Shown piece after piece: positions 60,649 to 64,000 of a stretch of 64,000 bases of DNA. Position 1 is the stretch's first letter, and each line of letters begins with the position of its first letter. The translations under genes and the position numbers were made by a program. Below the pieces are notes generated by a model that was not told where the DNA came from, did no database searches, and was given only the letters and a program-made list of their open reading frames with translations. This DNA is from Hemiscyllium ocellatum (Eukaryota), in NCBI RefSeq assembly GCF_020745735.1, contig NW_026867489.1, positions 486,015-550,014 of the forward strand, read 5' to 3'.

Positions 60649-62421
60649 GGCTGCTGCCGATTGACAGTTTCCACTAGAAGAGTCTCCTATGGGTTGAATG
60701 ACACTTCCTGATGTAATAGTTCGCTTCCAACTGTGTAATCCCAGGTGCAGACACCAAATATTGAATTGAGCTTCAGATTAGGACCTGGTCACCTGCAGTT
60801 TTGTCGCACTGTATAGTCTCTCTGATTGTCAAGTGTTCTGACAAGGAGTCTGCTAATCATCTCTGAAAGTAAAAGCAGCAGCACAAATATAACAGGCAGA
60901 TAACAATTCAATGGAAATGGAGATTGGAAATAAATAGTGGAGTGGAAACTTCGTTAAAATTTGGAATAACTGAGGGAGTGTTTCACGTCAATGTTTCCAG
61001 TCTTGGCTCCATAAACAAAATTCAGATAACTGCCTGGAGAAAACATGGATTAGTAGGAACTCGAAGAATGCAGTTATCTTCCGTTCGACTGGAATTCCCC
61101 TTCACATGTTTCACCAGAAAGTTTTGGCGGAGGAGGGGTGGGGGAGCAAAGGGTCATGCCTTCGATGTTAGCCTACACGAAAAAAAAAGCAACGTGCCTT
61201 AAAAATACAAAAATGCACAAGGAGGCAAACGCATATAAAACCACACATGCGCAACACTAAAATTCAGATGCAGACAACGTTGAGTTATGCTTCATGAACA
61301 TTGATACAAAAGGAATGAGACATCGATACTAAATGCTGTTCGAGTCATCAATAACCTCATCTCATGAGCGAATGAAGAAAATGTTATTGCATTACTTCAG
61401 AGGAAGAATCTTGGAGAAACGTTATGAAAACGCCTATGTGTTTAGCAGATACCTGGCATAACACTTTTTTTGAGAAAAGAAAATAATACACTTGACCTAA
61501 GACAGGCAGAAAAGGAAATTGACCACCGTGAACAAATATTGTCACCCATTCCCACGCACATATCGAGTTGGTTATTCATCAGAAACACTAAAATTACTGT
61601 GCACAAAAACACACGAACAAAGGAACGTGAACATTTATATAAAAAGTACTTAACACAAATGGACGCAGGCATACTATTCACACAGACACACAGGCAGAAC
61701 AATATCCTCAGGAACACACATTTATCACACGCAACGATGCACAAGCTACCCAATACAGCTAAACTGTGCAAACAAAACCCATAAATACACACAGACATAG
61801 CGCGAGACATTGTGTTGCATATGAGTTAAAATTAAAAAGTATTGAAAGTTAAGTTCACAGATGCACATAATTGCACGAAAGCGCAGACACACACACTATC
61901 AGTTACCCTTCTGCAGACTGATGCAATGTGAAAAAAAAGAAGCACAGGCACAGGTGCAGTCTTGCAAAAAGAAAAATGTAAAACATGTGCACGACTGCAC
62001 TTATCCATGATAAGATCATGAGGAAATTAAAAAAAAATAAGAGCAGACATAGGAAATTCGGCCAATGGAGTCTACTCCACCATTGAACATCATTTAATTT
62101 GACACAGCTTGTTGAATGCTTTGGAAGTGATAGAATTGGGGATAGTTCATCACAGAAATTGCTGATATCAAATTTCAGTTATTTATACGGAAGAAAAATG
62201 AAATGTTGATTTTTATTTCACTGGGAAGTAAATTGTAGCATCGTCAGATTTCGCTAAAACAATGCAAAGCATTAGTAACACACAATAGGGTAGAAGTGCT
62301 TTCTTGTGAGGAGTGTTTGAGTAATTTAGAGACTTAACTCATCAGATATTAGAAGATGAGCGGCGACTTCAATGGAATATTGAAGATTGTTTGTGAAGTG
62401 GAAAAGGTACTTACCGAAGTT

Positions 62422-62722
62422 GGGCAGCACGGTGGCACAGTGGTTAGCACTGCTGCCTCACAGCGCCAGGGACCTGGGTTCAATTCCCGCCTCAGGCGAC
62501 TGACTGTGTGGAGTTTGCACATTCTCCCCGTGTCTGTGTGGGTTTCCTCCGGGTGCTCCGGTTTCCTCCCACAGTCACAAAGATGTGCGGGTCAGGTGAA
62601 TTGGCCATGCTAAATTGCCCCTAGTGTTAGGTAAGGGGTATATGTAGGGGTGAGTTGCGCTTCGGCGGGTTGGTGTGGACTTGTTGGGCCGAAGGGCATG
62701 TTTCCACACTGTAAGTAATCTA
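62422..62722 (+). mobile_element. Young, near-intact HE1-type tRNA-derived SINE
   Basis: A-box ggtggcacagtggttagc, B-box gggttcaattccc, core gtgtggagtttgcacattctccccgtgtct, LINE-derived tail ttgttgggccgaagggc.tgtttccacactgtaagtaatctaa. Confidence 0.9.
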
Positions 62723-63689
62723 AGAGTTGTTTCTCCTTGTGCGAGAGTCAAGAACCAAAGGGCATGAATTTACAAATAAAGCATTACACATTTAAGACAG
62801 AGGTGAGGTCGATTTTTTTTTTCTAAAATAGTAGGGAGTCTGTGGAATTCTTGAATGCAAGCGTTTCAGAGGCTTATGTACATTCAAAACTGTGAAGGTG
62901 GAGTTGAGGATTATGAATACAGACATGGTTTCACTTAGGGTCGGGGCAGACTCGATTGGCCTACCTCTATCCTTTTGTTCCGACTGACTGTGATATTACC
63001 AACTATTAAGTTGCCTTTGAGGCCACGACTTCCTTCGTGAATATTTATTCTCAAAAGGTGCCGAGAATAATTTGCAAACAATAAGAATCAAAACAGTTTG
63101 ACGTCTTATTTTGATAATTTGTATTAGTTTAGGGATTGATGTACACAATTAGATGCTAAAAATTGACACCTTGCAAAACAGGCATAGATCTGAATAGGTA
63201 GCCTCCTGATTTCAATGACCGTTTTGCACACAAAAGATGATAGTTGCATTCTCAATGCGTGGTTATAATTTGAAATCAATTCGTAATTTGTCTGAAAACA
63301 ATGAAACTCAATTTGCAATTCCCTTTCAGGAGGTTGTCATTTCTTGTGATATAGAGCATGGATGCTACGTGTCTCGAAGCCACAAGCTCCTTCACGTTTC
63401 GAGTACGTCCAGGTACTTTCCAACATATGATTGGAAATAATGGGGGCGCAAAGTATGCAGTAAAGTATAGAAAGCTGCACATTCAGTCGTGGATATTGTT
63501 TCCTCTGCAGTTGGCATGAATGCATGGTGAAAAAGCATCCATGGATTCGTTTGCATAGATAATTGGCGAAAACAAAAACGAAAAGGGGGGATGGGCTCAG
63601 CAGAGATGACCAAAGTATCCATATACTGCAATAGAGCAGAGAGATTGTGAAAACTATCAGGAATATAACTACAATAGACAAGGGGACAA

Positions 63690-64000
63690 TGCTAAGATGG
63701 TGCACTTAATGCAGGACTTAGGGCGCACAATATACAAAATAATCTAAGTGAGCTTGTAACGCAGGGGTTGAAATTGGCGAGTAGGATGTTATGGGCATCA
63801 CATACACTTGGTTATAAGGGGATCAGTGCTGAGCACGAAAGATCCAAAGATATTGGAAGGACAGACAAATGGGCAGAGTAGCAGGATTTTCTTCTTTATA
63901 AGAAATGAACTTAAATCAAGAACTATAATTGATTGTGGGTTCAGAAGCATTGAATGTGTTTGGGTAGATATGAGAAACAATAAAAGAAAAGACCCCCTGA
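63690..64000 (+). mobile_element. CR1 LINE ORF2 endonuclease remnant (runs off window)
   Basis: Homologous to 9520-10070 (gatgttatgggcatcacatacacttgg; gtgtttgggtagatatgagaaacaataaaag). Confidence 0.6.

Noticed and set aside
62422-62500. tRNA gene
   Set aside because: The A/B boxes continue into the SINE core and LINE-derived tail, so it is a SINE head rather than a cloverleaf tRNA.

Overview
Eukaryotic genomic DNA from a cartilaginous fish, most likely a shark; this is inferred from an HE1-type tRNA-SINE, shark-type CR1/L2/Penelope repeats and NAR-TCR segments. Two gene families are interleaved in mixed orientation. (1) Four two-exon class-A GPCRs of the GPR139/GPR142-like group: three with intact reading frames and splice sites (598-2998 -, 10923-15513 -, 53233-55626 +) and one pseudogene (24771-~27190 +). 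(2) Antigen-receptor segments of TCR alpha/delta type, all disabled. These are four ordinary V pseudogenes (~7047-7420 -, 30443-30995 +, 39144-39483 -, ~60230-60648 -), an eroded NAR-TCR-like cassette on the minus strand (VNAR-like V ~45770-46046, J with 23-RSS 45316-45400, leaderless 'supporting' V-delta 42470-42766), and a second supporting-V-delta-like segment (20233-20519 +). Headline observation: both supporting V-delta segments are followed not by one recombination signal but by a tandem array of ~60-bp units. Each unit is a ~21-nt linker plus heptamer/23-nt spacer/nonamer (20533-20810 +; ~42223-42469 -), and the unit is homologous between the two copies. I know of no description of such stacked RSS arrays, but I cannot search the literature or databases here. 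The rest is transposon debris (some with hammerhead-ribozyme cores), microsatellites, a 1.8-kb tandem duplication (48.7-52.6 kb) and a 154-nt assembly gap. All alignments and translations were done by eye, so repeat boundaries are approximate.
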